64,000 nt of DNA from an uncultured Acidimicrobiia bacterium. GTDB lineage: Bacteria; Actinomycetota; Acidimicrobiia; IMCC26256; JAENVU01. Position numbers and translations under genes: made by a program. Numbering within the stretch: the stretch's first letter is position 1; each line of letters starts with the position of its first letter. This document shows positions 43,133-56,672 of this stretch, in pieces. The stretch lies in NCBI GenBank assembly GCA_963770105.1, contig CAVYOL010000006.1:61540-125539 (forward strand), read 5' to 3'. Below the pieces are notes generated by a model, which had not been told where the DNA came from, did not search any database, and saw only the letters and a program-made list of their open reading frames with translations.

Positions 43133-44824
43133 CTAGCGGGGCGGGGCGCGGAGCGGGACGTACGGGTTCGGCCCGTCCGGTGGGTGCTGGTGCACGTACC
43201 GCTTGAGGTAGCCGCGGGTGGCCGCGATCACGGTGTCGCCGACCGGGCGGAACCCCCCGTGGTGCGCCATCTCCCGGATCGCGTCCGACGTGACGATGGT
43301 CGGGATCTTGCTGACCTGCGGGTGCCGGACCCGGTAGACGTTCGCCCACGAGTAGCCCGCGGGCGGCGTGAACGCGGCGACCGGGATCAACCCGACCTCC
43401 TTGCCGTGCTGGTCGAGCCAGGTGGCCAGCGCCCGCGGGCCGAAGCGGTGCGGACCGCTCAGCACGAGGTAGTCGGCGTGCCGGAGCGACTTCGCGAGGG
43501 GCCCGCGCGGCAGCGTGCGGTAGTCCCGGCCGGTGGCGTCGATCCAGACCTGGGGTGGCAGCGGCGGACGCCTCCTCGGATTGTTGAAGGTCAGCGGCAC
43601 GAGCGTGGCGTCGCCCTCGACCCGGGCCCAGACCTCGGCCTTGAACCGGAACGTGGTGAGCACGACGGGCTGGCCCGGTCGCGCGGTGATCCACTGGGCC
43701 AGGTCGGCGTCGAGGTCGGTCTCCGCGGCTTCGATCTTGGTGCGGCCCTGGGTGAGGACGACCGGCACCACCGCGATGAGGCCGATCACGACGGCCAGCG
43801 CGACCACGACCTTGGCCGCGCCACGCGGGGCGCGCCGGAGCGCCGCGGTCAGCACGTCGGCTGCAGCGACCCCGAGCGCGATGCACGAGAGCAGCGCGAT
43901 GGGCAGGAACTGGCGGATCGCGAACCCGGCGTTCCACGCGATGACGCTCGCCGGAATGAACGCCAGCGCGGCGAGGACCAGGGTCCGGGCGCGCGGGTCG
44001 TGCCGACGGCCGATCGCGACGACGAGCCACGCCGCGATGCACAGCGCGATCAGCAGCTGGGCCGAGAGATCGAGGGTGAAGCCGCGGGGGATGTTGCGGC
44101 TCGTTGCCTGGCGCATGCCCTCGAGCGGGAAGATCTCGCCCGCGATCACGAGCACGGTCACGAACCACCATGCGACGGTCACCACGAACCCGATCAGGTA
44201 GCGGGTGGCCAGCCGGCGCCACTCGGCCCGCGGCATCGTGCCGAGGTAGGCGAGCGGCAGGATCACGATCGGCGCGGACGTCTCCTTGATGAGGAGCGTG
44301 AGGCCTGCGAGGACGCCGCCGATGAGCATGCGCCGGGGCGTCGGCGTGTCCACCACGAGCAGGACGACCATCAGCGAGCAGATGAGCGCCACGTCCACCC
44401 GGGTGGACTGAACGGTGGTCCAGATCACCGGGGCGGCGAGGATGGCGAGCGCGGTCGCGACGGCCCCGACGCCGCGGGCGATCCGGTACGCGAAGACGAC
44501 CGCGAGCACGAGCGCCAGGGTGGCGAGCGTCCAGCCGAGTGCGCGGGGTCCCGCGAACGGATCGCCGCCGACGAGCCGGGACGCGCCGCCGACCATGAGC
44601 GGGTACACCCACGACCGGATCGTGAAGACCGTCCCGTCGATGCCCAGTGGCTCGCGCAGGTCCCAGAGGGCCCGACCGACGCCGATGTAGGCCGCGTCGT
44701 CGGGGGCGACCGAGATGAAGCCCTGGGTCGCGACGCGGACGGCCGCGACGGTCACGACCGACGCGATCGAGACGATGAGCGCGGCCAGATCCCAACGCCG
44801 GGGCCGCCGCGGCTCGGTCTGCAT
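43133..44824 (-). CDS. GT-C fold membrane glycosyltransferase (ArnT/PMT_2-like)
   Basis: Intact 563-aa ORF. The first loop has ..ISVAPDDAAYIGVGRAL.. (Asp-Asp). It has at least 11 TM segments and a soluble C-terminus of about 200 aa. Confidence 0.65.
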   Translation of the reverse strand: MQTEPRRPRRWDLAALIVSIASVVTVAAVRVATQGFISVAPDDAAYIGVGRALWDLREPLGIDGTVFTIRSWVYPLMVGGASRLVGGDPFAGPRALGWTLATLALVLAVVFAYRIARGVGAVATALAILAAPVIWTTVQSTRVDVALICSLMVVLLVVDTPTPRRMLIGGVLAGLTLLIKETSAPIVILPLAYLGTMPRAEWRRLATRYLIGFVVTVAWWFVTVLVIAGEIFPLEGMRQATSRNIPRGFTLDLSAQLLIALCIAAWLVVAIGRRHDPRARTLVLAALAFIPASVIAWNAGFAIRQFLPIALLSCIALGVAAADVLTAALRRAPRGAAKVVVALAVVIGLIAVVPVVLTQGRTKIEAAETDLDADLAQWITARPGQPVVLTTFRFKAEVWARVEGDATLVPLTFNNPRRRPPLPPQVWIDATGRDYRTLPRGPLAKSLRHADYLVLSGPHRFGPRALATWLDQHGKEVGLIPVAAFTPPAGYSWANVYRVRHPQVSKIPTIVTSDAIREMAHHGGFRPVGDTVIAATRGYLKRYVHQHPPDGPNPYVPLRAPPR

Positions 44825-44914
44825 CGGGCTCAGACTTGCAGAGGCGCGCCGCCCGGTGAAGGCACTCCGGGCTCACCTGGGAGCGGCCGACCGGTCGCCG
44901 GTATCCTGCGCGCC

Positions 44915-46506
44915 ATGGACGAGACGCCGCGCCAGACGGACTCGGGGATCGAGATCAAGCCGCTGTACACGGCCGAGGATCTCGCCCGGTTCGACCCCGA
45001 GACCCGGCTCGGTCGGCCGGGGAAGCCGCCGTACACGCGCGGCATCTACGAGCAGATGTACCGGACCCGCCCGTGGACGATGCGCCAGTACTCCGGCTTC
45101 GGCAGCGCCGCGGAGACGAACGAGCGCTTCCACTTCCTCCTCGGCGCCGGCCAGACCGGCCTGAGCGTGCGCCTTCGACCTGCCCACCCAGATGGGCTAC
45201 GACTCGGACCATCCCCGCTCCGAGGGCGAGGTCGGCAAGGTCGGCGTGGCGATCGACTCGCTCGAGGACATGGAGCTCCTGCTCGCACGGGCTCCCGCTC
45301 GACACCGTCACCACGTCGATGACGATCAACTCGACGGCCGCGGTCCTGCTCTGCCTCTACGAGCTCGTCGCCGAGAGGCCAGGGCGTGTCGAGCCGGACA
45401 AGATCGGCGGCACGATCCAGAACGACCTGCTCAAGGAGTACGTCGCCGCGCGGCACGTACATCTACCCGCCGCGTCAGTCGATGCGGATCATCACCGACA
45501 TCTTCGCCTACTGCGGCGAGCACGTTCCCGGTGGAACACGATCTCGATCTCCGGCTACCACATCCGCGAGGCGGGCAGCACCGCGGTGCAGGAGATCGCG
45601 TTCACGTTGAGCAACGGCGATCGCGTACGTGCAGGCCGCGGTCGACACCGGGCTCGACGTCGACGACTTCGCGCCCCGCCTCTCCTTCTTCTGGAACGGG
45701 CACAACGACTTCTTCGAGGAGATCGCGAAGTTCCGGGCGTCACGGCGCATGTGGTACCGGATCATGAGCGAGCGCTTCGGCGCGCAGAAGGAGAAGTCGA
45801 AGCTCCTGCGCTTCCACACGCAGACCGCGGGCTCGATGCTCACCGCGCAGCAGCCCGAGAACAACATCGTGCGCGTCGCGCTGCAGGCGATGGCGGCGGT
45901 GCTGGGCGGGACGCAGAGCCTGCACACCAACGGGTTCGACGAGGCGCTCGGGACTGCCGACGGAACGGGCGGCGACGATCGCGCTGCGGACCCAGCAGAT
46001 CATCGCGTTCGAGTCCGGCGTCACCGGCACCCCGGACCCGCTCGCGGGCTCGTACTTCGTGGAGTCGCTCACCGACGAGGTCGAGGCCGGCGCCTGGAAG
46101 TACATCGAGAAGATCGACGAGATGGGCGGGGCGGTCGCGGCGATCGAGGCCGGCTACATGCAGGACGAGATCGAGCGGGCGGCCTTCGAGTGGGCGACCG
46201 CGGTCGACGCCGAGAAGAAGGTCATCGTCGGGCTCAACCGCTACGCCGACCGACACCGACGTGGAGCCCGACGTCTTCCCGATCGACCCGCAGCTGGAGC
46301 GGGACCAGACCGAGCGGCTGCAGGCGCTGCGGGCCAAGCGTGACGACGCCGCGGTGAAGGCCGCGCTCGAGGAGCTGCGCGCCGCGGCGCACGGGACCCA
46401 GAACCTGCTGCCGCCCATGAAGGAGGCGCTGCGCCGCTACGCCACGCTGGGCGAGGTCAGCGACGTACTACGCGACGAGTTCGGGGTCTACCAACCCGCT
46501 CGGTAG
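44915..46506 (+). pseudogene. methylmalonyl-CoA mutase catalytic (large, N-terminal) subunit, ~7 frame interruptions
   Basis: Pieces across all three frames: [25 protein letters not shown] / [23 protein letters not shown] / [15 protein letters not shown] / [16 protein letters not shown] / [15 protein letters not shown] / [26 protein letters not shown] / [10 protein letters not shown]... It ends before any B12-binding domain. Confidence 0.85.
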
Positions 46507-46544
46507 AGGCTCGACGGATCAGGGTCGCAGCGCCGGGAGCGCCG

Positions 46545-47543
46545 CTACTTCGCGGAGTCCTTGAGGTGCGTCTCTTTCAACTCGGCCAGGACGTCGGGCG
46601 CGATGTCGGGGCGGGTGGCGCTGGCGATCTTGCACTTCGTGACTGTGCGCATCGTCGCGGTGCGCCGTCCGTGGCTCTCGACCAGCGCGCGCTCGCCGAG
46701 GACCGCGCCGGGCCCGAACTCGGCCACGACCTCGCCGTCGATGTCGATCTCGACGACGCCGTCGAGCACGAGGAAGAGCTCCGTGCCCTCGTCGCCCTGC
46801 TTGACGATCGTCTTGCCCTTGCCCACGTTCCGGATGTTGGGGGAGACGCCGCTGCGCATGATCTGGAACGACAGCTTGCGCTCGAGCGCGCTCTCGACCG
46901 CGGTGGCGAAGGCCGGCGACTCTTCGTCACCCCAGGGCGAGTGCTTGCCGAACGCCTTGCGGTACCACGACTTGAACTCGATGAGCCCGGACTTCTCGAC
47001 CAGCTTGCGGTTGTGGTCGTAGATCCAGTGCCGCGGAAACGGGCTGCAACCGGTGAGCTTCCCGACGCTCGTGCCGTCGGCGTTCATCGTCAGCTCGAGC
47101 GTCGTCCACGCGGTGGGAGCCGACACCTTCACGAACGGCGGCTTGCTCACCCGGCGGGGTGCCGGCGCGCCCGTCTGGCCGCCCGCGGTCTGCACGAAGC
47201 GGACCCACTCCGGGCCGAGCTCCGGCTCCGGCTGCAAGTCGTCGAACGCGGTGGCCGCCAGGGTCATGTCGTGGGCGCCGAGCCGCAGCGTGGTGGAGCC
47301 GATCTGGCCGCCGCCCATGTGCCCGTAGCCCACGATCTGGCCGTCCTCGACCTCGATCCAGGCCCGGAGCTCGTTGGCGAAGCGGAACCGGTCCGCCGCC
47401 TGCATCGCGGCGAGGTCCTCGAGCTCGTCCGGCGGGGGGTCGTCGTAGTGCGCGACGCCGAACGCGAACGGGAGCTTGGTCGTCCCGCTGATCGCCTCGG
47501 ACGGGATCCACGAGATCGACGTGACCGACGACTCAATGCGCAT
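46545..47543 (-). CDS. cyclic-nucleotide-binding-domain protein with uncharacterised ~200-aa N-terminal domain
   Basis: ATG at 47543 with the RBS GAGGAGGG. C-terminal cNMP-binding fold (..GDEGTELFLVLDGVVEIDIDGEVVAEFGPGAVLGERAL..RTATMRTVT..). The N-domain shows no recognised motif. Confidence 0.7.
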   Translation of the reverse strand: MRIESSVTSISWIPSEAISGTTKLPFAFGVAHYDDPPPDELEDLAAMQAADRFRFANELRAWIEVEDGQIVGYGHMGGGQIGSTTLRLGAHDMTLAATAFDDLQPEPELGPEWVRFVQTAGGQTGAPAPRRVSKPPFVKVSAPTAWTTLELTMNADGTSVGKLTGCSPFPRHWIYDHNRKLVEKSGLIEFKSWYRKAFGKHSPWGDEESPAFATAVESALERKLSFQIMRSGVSPNIRNVGKGKTIVKQGDEGTELFLVLDGVVEIDIDGEVVAEFGPGAVLGERALVESHGRRTATMRTVTKCKIASATRPDIAPDVLAELKETHLKDSAK

Positions 47544-47731
47544 CCTGATGCCCTCCTCTGTCCACCGCCCAGTCCCCTGGCGGCACACGCTACCGACCAT
47601 CACAGTGTGAGGGCACGGCCGGCGCCCGCCCAGGTTGCCTCCACGCCAACTCCGGGAGGGGTAGCCCCACCCGGGATCACCGCGAGCGCGGTGGTCCGCC
47701 GTGGGTCAGGGCGGCGCGGCGAACGGTCGGG

Positions 47732-47899
47732 TCAGCTCGCGCGGGACAGCACGCGGCCGAGCTCGTTCGGCTCGGGGGGCTGCGCCGCAGCGAGCCGCCG
47801 ACGCGCCTCTTCGATGCCCTTGCGACCCACCTGGCGGGTGCGGGCATCGAGGTGGCGAGTGCGCTGGCCGCCGTCGAGGAGGAGGAGCTGCGTGGTCAT
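47732..47899 (-). CDS. candidate small protein (55 aa)
   Basis: Too short for the ORF track: MTTQLLLLDGGQRTRHLDARTRQVGRKGIEEARRRLAAAQPPEPNELGRVLSRAS. AGGTGA lies 11 nt upstream of the ATG. It is divergent from iscS. Confidence 0.3.
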   Translation of the reverse strand: MTTQLLLLDGGQRTRHLDARTRQVGRKGIEEARRRLAAAQPPEPNELGRVLSRAS

Positions 47900-47955
47900 G
47901 TCATGAGTATCACCTGAGGGTGGGACATCTATTCCTGGCTCCTACACTCGGGCCC

Positions 47956-49110
47956 GTGCCGGCGTACCTCGACCACGCGGCGAGCACGCCGATGCGGCCC
48001 GAAGCCGTCGCGGCGATGCTGCCCTTCCTCTCGGACCACCCGGGGAACCCCTCGGGCGGTCACGCGGTCGCGCGCGTCGCCAAGACCGCGCTCGAGGAGG
48101 CCCGCGAGTCGATCGCGGCGATCCTCGGTTGTGCTCCGGGTGAGGTCGTGTTCACCGGCGGTGGCACCGAGGCCGACAACCTCGCGGTGAAGGGTGCGGC
48201 GCGGGCCCGGCGCGCCGGGGGCCGGGACGGCGTCGTGACCTCCGCGATCGAGCACAAGGGGGTCCTCGCGGCGGCGCAGCGACTGGAGGCCGAGGGATTC
48301 CGGGTCGCGACGATCGGGGTCGGACCCGGCGGCGTCATCGACCTGGACCGGCTCGAGGCCGCGTTGGACGAGCGCACCGCGGTCGTGTCCGTGATGCTCG
48401 TGAACAACGAGGTGGGCACCATCCAGCCCCTTGCCGATGTTGCGGCGCGGGTGCGGTCCCGTGCCCCGCACGCGGTGCTCCACACCGACGCGGTCCAGGC
48501 GGTGCCCTGGCTGGACGTCGCCGAGTCCGTCGCCGGGTTCGATCTCGTGGCCATCTCGGGGCACAAGTTCGGGGGCCCCAAGGGCGTCGGCGTGCTCGTC
48601 GTCCGCAACGGAGTGACCCTCCAGCCCGAGATCGAGGGCGGCGGCCAGGAGCGGGGCCTCCGGGCCGGCACGGTCAACGTCGCCGGCGCGGTCGCGCTCG
48701 CCACCGCGCTGCGGGTCACCCACGAGCGACGCCGTGAGGACGTCGAGCGCGTGCGCGTGCTGCGCGACCGGCTGCAGCGTGGCCTGGTCGACGCGGTGCC
48801 CTCCGTGTTCCTCAACGGCGACGCCGACGAGAAGGTCGCCGGCAACCTGCACATCGGGTTCAGGGGTGTCGAGTCCGAGGCGCTCCTGCTCACGCTCGAC
48901 GCCGCCGGGGTCTACGCCGCGGCCGGGTCGTCGTGCTCGTCGGGCGCGACCGAGCCTTCGCACGTGCTCGAAGCGATGGGGCTCGCTCGTGCCGACGCGC
49001 TCGCGTCCGTCCGGTTCAGCCTCGGCTACGCATCGACCAACTCGGACGTCGCGACCGCACTCGACGTCATCCCGCGCGCCGTCGCGCGCCTGCGTTCGGT
49101 CGCGGCATGA
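47956..49110 (+). CDS. iscS: cysteine desulfurase (NifS/IscS class)
   Basis: An inferred GTG start gives VPAYLDHAASTP... PLP-Lys motif SGHKFGGPKG and an active-site Cys in GSSCSSG. Confidence 0.88.
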   Translation: MPAYLDHAASTPMRPEAVAAMLPFLSDHPGNPSGGHAVARVAKTALEEARESIAAILGCAPGEVVFTGGGTEADNLAVKGAARARRAGGRDGVVTSAIEHKGVLAAAQRLEAEGFRVATIGVGPGGVIDLDRLEAALDERTAVVSVMLVNNEVGTIQPLADVAARVRSRAPHAVLHTDAVQAVPWLDVAESVAGFDLVAISGHKFGGPKGVGVLVVRNGVTLQPEIEGGGQERGLRAGTVNVAGAVALATALRVTHERRREDVERVRVLRDRLQRGLVDAVPSVFLNGDADEKVAGNLHIGFRGVESEALLLTLDAAGVYAAAGSSCSSGATEPSHVLEAMGLARADALASVRFSLGYASTNSDVATALDVIPRAVARLRSVAA

Positions 49111-50138
49111 CGGAGCGGGTGCTCGTCGCGATGAGCGGGGGTGTCGACTCGTCCGTGGCCGCCGCGCTCCTGGTCGAGGCCGGCCACGACGTCACGGGGG
49201 TGACGCTCAAGCTCTGGGGCGGCGAGTCGGACTCCGGGTGCTGCAGCGTCGCGGACGTGGAGGACGCCCGCCGGGTGGCCGCGCAGCTCGGCGTCCCGCA
49301 CTACGTCTTCAACTTCACCGAGGACTTCGAAGCCAACGTCGTCACGCCCTACACCGATGCGTACGCCGCCGGACGCACCCCGAACCCCTGCGTCGAGTGC
49401 AACCGGACGATGAAGTTCGGTCGGCTCCTGGAGCGCGGGAAGGCCATGGGCTTCGACGCGGTCGCGACCGGCCACCACGCGCGCATCGCGCGCGACGAGC
49501 AGGGTCGTCCGGTCCTCGCTCGGGGGGCCGACGCCGCCAAGGACCAGTCCTACGTGCTCTACATGCTGCGTCAGGACGCGCTCGAGCGGGTGCGGCTGCC
49601 CGTGGGTGAGCTGACCAAGCCCGAGGTGCGTGAGCACGCGCGCCGTCTGGGTCTCCGCACCGCGGACAAGGCCGAGAGCATGGACGTCTGCTTCATCACC
49701 CGGGGCGGGAAGGAGGCGTTCCTCGGCGCGCGCATCCACCGATCCCCGGGCGAGCTGGTCACGACGGACGGCCGCGTCGTCGGGACGCACTCCGGCGTCG
49801 ACGGGTTCACCGTGGGTCAGCGGCGGGGGATCGGCGTGGCCCTCGGGGAGCGGCGCTACGTGGTGGACGTCGACGCGCGCACGAGCACCGTCACGTTGGG
49901 CGGCAGAGACGACCTCCTCCGGGATGAGCTGATCGTCGACGCGAGCACCTTCGTCGCGGATCCGCCGGGCGCCGGCGAGGAGCTCCTGGTGCAGGTGCGC
50001 GCCCACGCGGTGCCGTTCGCCGGCACCTGGCACGGCGACCGGGTGGTCTGCGCCTCGCCGCAGCCGCGGGTCGCACCGGGCCAGGTGGTCGCGCTGTACC
50101 GCGGTGACGTCCTGCTCGGCGGGGGGATCGCCGCCTAG
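49107..50138 (+). CDS. mnmA: tRNA 2-thiouridine(34) synthase
   Basis: ATGA overlap with iscS. PP-loop VAMSGGVDSSVAA, plus NPCVECN and DQSYVL motifs. Confidence 0.92.
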   Translation: MTERVLVAMSGGVDSSVAAALLVEAGHDVTGVTLKLWGGESDSGCCSVADVEDARRVAAQLGVPHYVFNFTEDFEANVVTPYTDAYAAGRTPNPCVECNRTMKFGRLLERGKAMGFDAVATGHHARIARDEQGRPVLARGADAAKDQSYVLYMLRQDALERVRLPVGELTKPEVREHARRLGLRTADKAESMDVCFITRGGKEAFLGARIHRSPGELVTTDGRVVGTHSGVDGFTVGQRRGIGVALGERRYVVDVDARTSTVTLGGRDDLLRDELIVDASTFVADPPGAGEELLVQVRAHAVPFAGTWHGDRVVCASPQPRVAPGQVVALYRGDVLLGGGIAA

Positions 50139-50692
50139 GACGCGTCCGGGTGCGCGTCGAGGTACTCCTGCGGCGGCCCGATCGCAGATGCCTCGGGCCC
50201 GAACCGCTCGACGTAGGCCGGATGGATCTGGGCCCAGGTCTCGACCGCGACGTCGGCGGGATCGGTTGCCTCGACCCGCGCGAGGTGCTCGAGGCACTCG
50301 TGCCAACCGGCGCCGTCCCGGGCGCCCCGTCCGTGCTCCGAGAGCAGCACGGTCAACGTCAGCTCGGTGCCCGTCGCGATCTCGTCGAGCGCGAAGCGCA
50401 GGACGTCCGGACCCCACGAGAACTCCAACCGGTTCGGCTCGGCGACGTCGATCACCTCGCCGTCGAACGGCTCGGCCTCGAAGTCCTTGGCCTCGAACCG
50501 CAGCCGCGATCCGACGACGAAGTCGCCGACGATCGAGAACGGGAACCACTGGTCGACGAGCTCGGGCTCGACGAAGGCCCGCCAGACGGTGGCCGGCGGC
50601 TTCGGGAGCTGGCGCACGTAGCGCAGCTGCCAGCCGTCCGGGGTCTCGACGAGCGTGCCGAGGCGGTCGGTGGTGGAAGGGGATGGGCTCAT
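50135..50692 (-). CDS. SRPBCC/AHSA1 (START-like) domain protein
   Basis: The internal Met of ORF 50135..51028 is preceded by TGA-ACC-GGAGGA-CGACC-ATG. The product is MSPSPSTTDRLGTL..LRYVRQLPKPPATVWRAF.., as typically paired with an ArsR regulator. Confidence 0.75.
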   Translation of the reverse strand: MSPSPSTTDRLGTLVETPDGWQLRYVRQLPKPPATVWRAFVEPELVDQWFPFSIVGDFVVGSRLRFEAKDFEAEPFDGEVIDVAEPNRLEFSWGPDVLRFALDEIATGTELTLTVLLSEHGRGARDGAGWHECLEHLARVEATDPADVAVETWAQIHPAYVERFGPEASAIGPPQEYLDAHPDAS

Positions 50693-50706
50693 GGTCGTCC
50701 TCCGGT

Positions 50707-51010
50707 TCAGTCGGGGAGGGAGCTCACGACGTGCTCGAGCGCATCGAGGCGGTCGGACCACATCGCGGTAGGGCGCGAGCCACTCGTCGAGCTCGCGCAA
50801 CGGCTCGGGTCGTACCCGGTAGAGGCGGAGCTGCGCCGCGGCGCGGACGTCGACGAGTCCCGCGTCGCGGAGGACGCGGAGGTGCTTCGAGACGGTCGGC
50901 TGCGCGATGTCGAGTGCCTGGACAAGGTCGCCCACCGGGCGCTCGCCGTCCCGGAGCAGGTCGAGGATCCGGCGCCGGTTCGGCTCCGCGAGCACTTCGA
51001 GGACGGTCAT
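50707..51010 (-). pseudogene. ArsR-family HTH regulator, one +1 interruption near 50762
   Basis: MTVLEVLAEPNRRRILDLLRDGERPVGDLVQALDIAQPTVSKHLRVLRDAGLV... The conserved tail MWSDRLDALEHVVSSLPD-stop lies in the adjacent frame (ORF 50707..50925). Confidence 0.75.
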
Positions 51011-51058
51011 CGCTTCATATTGCCTCACAGGTATATGCCTGTCAAGCGATGGAAGGGC

Positions 51059-51940
51059 TCACCCGGACTCCGTGCGCACCGTGATGCGTCGCGCCGCCGC
51101 GAGCTCCAGCAGCTCGGAGGCCGCGACCGGGGCCAGGAAGAGGAGATGGGTGCGCACGCCACGCCCGGCACCCCGGGCCCGGCGGTAGACGTCGGCATCC
51201 TCGTCGAGCAGGAGGGCCAGCGAGCCGCGGGCCGCGCCGAGCCGGAGGTCCGTGGCCTCGGCGGGCGGGCGGATCCGGGGGCTGGCCGGGCCAAGGCCCA
51301 CGATGTGCTCCCGCACGAACAGGACCGGGTCCGTGAGCGTCATCGGGTCGGCGATCACGAAGCCGGCGGGCACCAGGATGGCCCAACGCCGGGACAGCAG
51401 GTGGAGCGAGCGCAGCAGCACTGCGGCGATCGGCCACCCGAGGAGCAAGGCGACGATGCCGAACCCGACGTTGCCGTCGGCGATGAGCAACGGCCCGGCC
51501 GCGATGCCCGCGCCGACGGCGAGGACGGCGATCGGGAGCACCCCGATGAAGAGCGCCGGGGGCACTTTGAGCGGGAACCGCTGCTCGTCGCCGTATGCTG
51601 CTCCCTGCGCGCAGGAACGCGCGAACGACGGGGTCGCAAGGAACACGACGCAGAGGGTCGTAGCGGCGAGGGCAGCGATGGACGCAAGGGCAGATGCACG
51701 ACCGGTCGCGACCGCGATCAACGTCGCGATGAGCGCGAGCGGCGCGCCAGTGCGCGCGGCGGTGAGTCCGATGGGTCGCGGCGCGAGCAGGGCGACCAAC
51801 ACCACCAACCACGCGACCCACAACAGCACCTCCGCGGTTGCACGCGTTGACGATGACCACGGGCGCAGCGCGTCGGCCGCGACGGAACCGGTGGTGACGG
51901 GAAGCGTGATCCACGCGATGCGCAGCAACAGGATGTTCAC
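51059..51940 (-). CDS. integral membrane protein, unknown function
   Basis: Intact 293-aa ORF with about 6 TM segments followed by a soluble C-terminal region. Confidence 0.55.
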   Translation of the reverse strand: MNILLLRIAWITLPVTTGSVAADALRPWSSSTRATAEVLLWVAWLVVLVALLAPRPIGLTAARTGAPLALIATLIAVATGRASALASIAALAATTLCVVFLATPSFARSCAQGAAYGDEQRFPLKVPPALFIGVLPIAVLAVGAGIAAGPLLIADGNVGFGIVALLLGWPIAAVLLRSLHLLSRRWAILVPAGFVIADPMTLTDPVLFVREHIVGLGPASPRIRPPAEATDLRLGAARGSLALLLDEDADVYRRARGAGRGVRTHLLFLAPVAASELLELAAARRITVRTESG

Positions 51941-52000
51941 ATCAACAGTCCGCGCTGACTTCGAAGTTCGAGCCGCGCGCGTTCATATACTACGAACCTC

Positions 52001-55693
<3,693 letters not shown>

Positions 55694-55694
<1 letters not shown>

Positions 55695-56117
55695 TGGCGC
55701 CGACCTGGGACGACCTCGACGTCGGTGCTGCGCCGGCGCCGCGCACCGTCGGGCCACTGAACCGCACCGACTTCGTCCGCTACCAGGGCGCGTCGGGTGA
55801 CTTCAACCCGATCCATCACGACGAGGAGTTCGCGCAGTCGGCCGGGTACCCGTCCGTGTTCTCGGTCGGCATGCTCCAGGCCGGCATCCTCGCGAGCTAC
55901 GCCACCGACTGGCTCGGCGCGGACAACGTCCGCAGCTTCGGCGTGCAGTTCCGTGAGCAGGTGTGGCCGGGCGACCAGCTCGTCTGCTCGGGCACGGTCG
56001 TCGAGCGGTCGGACGCCGTGGACGGCGACGAGCGCACCGTGAAGCTCGAGCTCGTCGTCGACACGCGTCGGTGGTGGCACCGCGATCAAGGGCAGGGCCA
56101 CCTTCGCGGTCGCCTAG
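55694..56117 (+). pseudogene. MaoC-domain dehydratase subunit (HadB-like), one +1 interruption near 56068
   Basis: ..FVRYQGASGDFNPIHHDEEFA..GYPSVFSVGML.. is the hydratase motif. Skipping one base restores a ..GGGTAIKGRATFAVA-stop tail. Confidence 0.8.
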
Positions 56118-56584
56118 GACTTGGAGATGAACGACCAGCTGTAGGTGCCGTTGTCCCGAGCGCGGGTCGGCCTGCGAGCGGTACGTCGACCTTGACGGTG
56201 TTCGGGCCCGGTTCGTAGGCCTCGACGTCCTGGCCCGGCCCGGCTGGTAGGTGAGCTGACCCGAGCGCGGCGATGAACTCGACCTGGTCGGCCGGCAGCG
56301 GCGTGCAGGTGCCCGACGGTCCGCACAGCTGCAGGTCTCGCGGTCAGGTCGTCGCGCAGGTCCACGGTGATCTGCTCCTGCGGCGGCACGATCGTGCCCG
56401 GCTTCGGAGACACGGACTGCACCTGGCTGGGCAGGGTCGTGCGCCGGTCCTTGGTGTCCGCGCCCGAGATCGCGGCGGCCGCGAGGAGCACGACGAGGGT
56501 CATCCCGCCGGCGAAGACCGCGAACCGACCCGGGTGCTTGATCGCCTTGCGGCGGGGGGCCGGGAGCGCCTTCGGAGCAGTCAT
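56114..56584 (-). pseudogene. small membrane-anchored exported protein, several frame interruptions
   Basis: MTAPKALPAPRRKAIKHPGRFAVFAGGMTLVVLLAAAAISG.. (TM anchor). The ectodomain is readable only by switching frames at least 3 times (..DLQLCGPSGTCTPLPADQVEF.., ..DNGTYSWSFISKS-stop). Confidence 0.45.
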
Positions 56585-56672
56585 CGCGCTGCGGACGGTA
56601 CCGCCGCACGGCGGCCCCGGTTGCGCATCGGGTGCCCCGGCCAACGACATCCGGACCGGTACCGTGGATTCG

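Noticed and set aside
50135-51028. A 297-aa ArsR-SRPBCC fusion protein as given by the ORF track
   Set aside because: The conserved ArsR tail (MWSDRLDALEHVVSSLPD) followed by TGA lies in the neighbouring frame. It is followed by GGAGGA-N5-ATG for the SRPBCC gene. Two separate genes plus one +1 indel explain the sequence better than a fusion.
56114-56117. CCTAGG palindrome in which the stop codons of two convergent genes overlap
   Set aside because: This follows trivially from TAG stops on both strands. Both genes also carry frame breaks, so the exact ends are uncertain.
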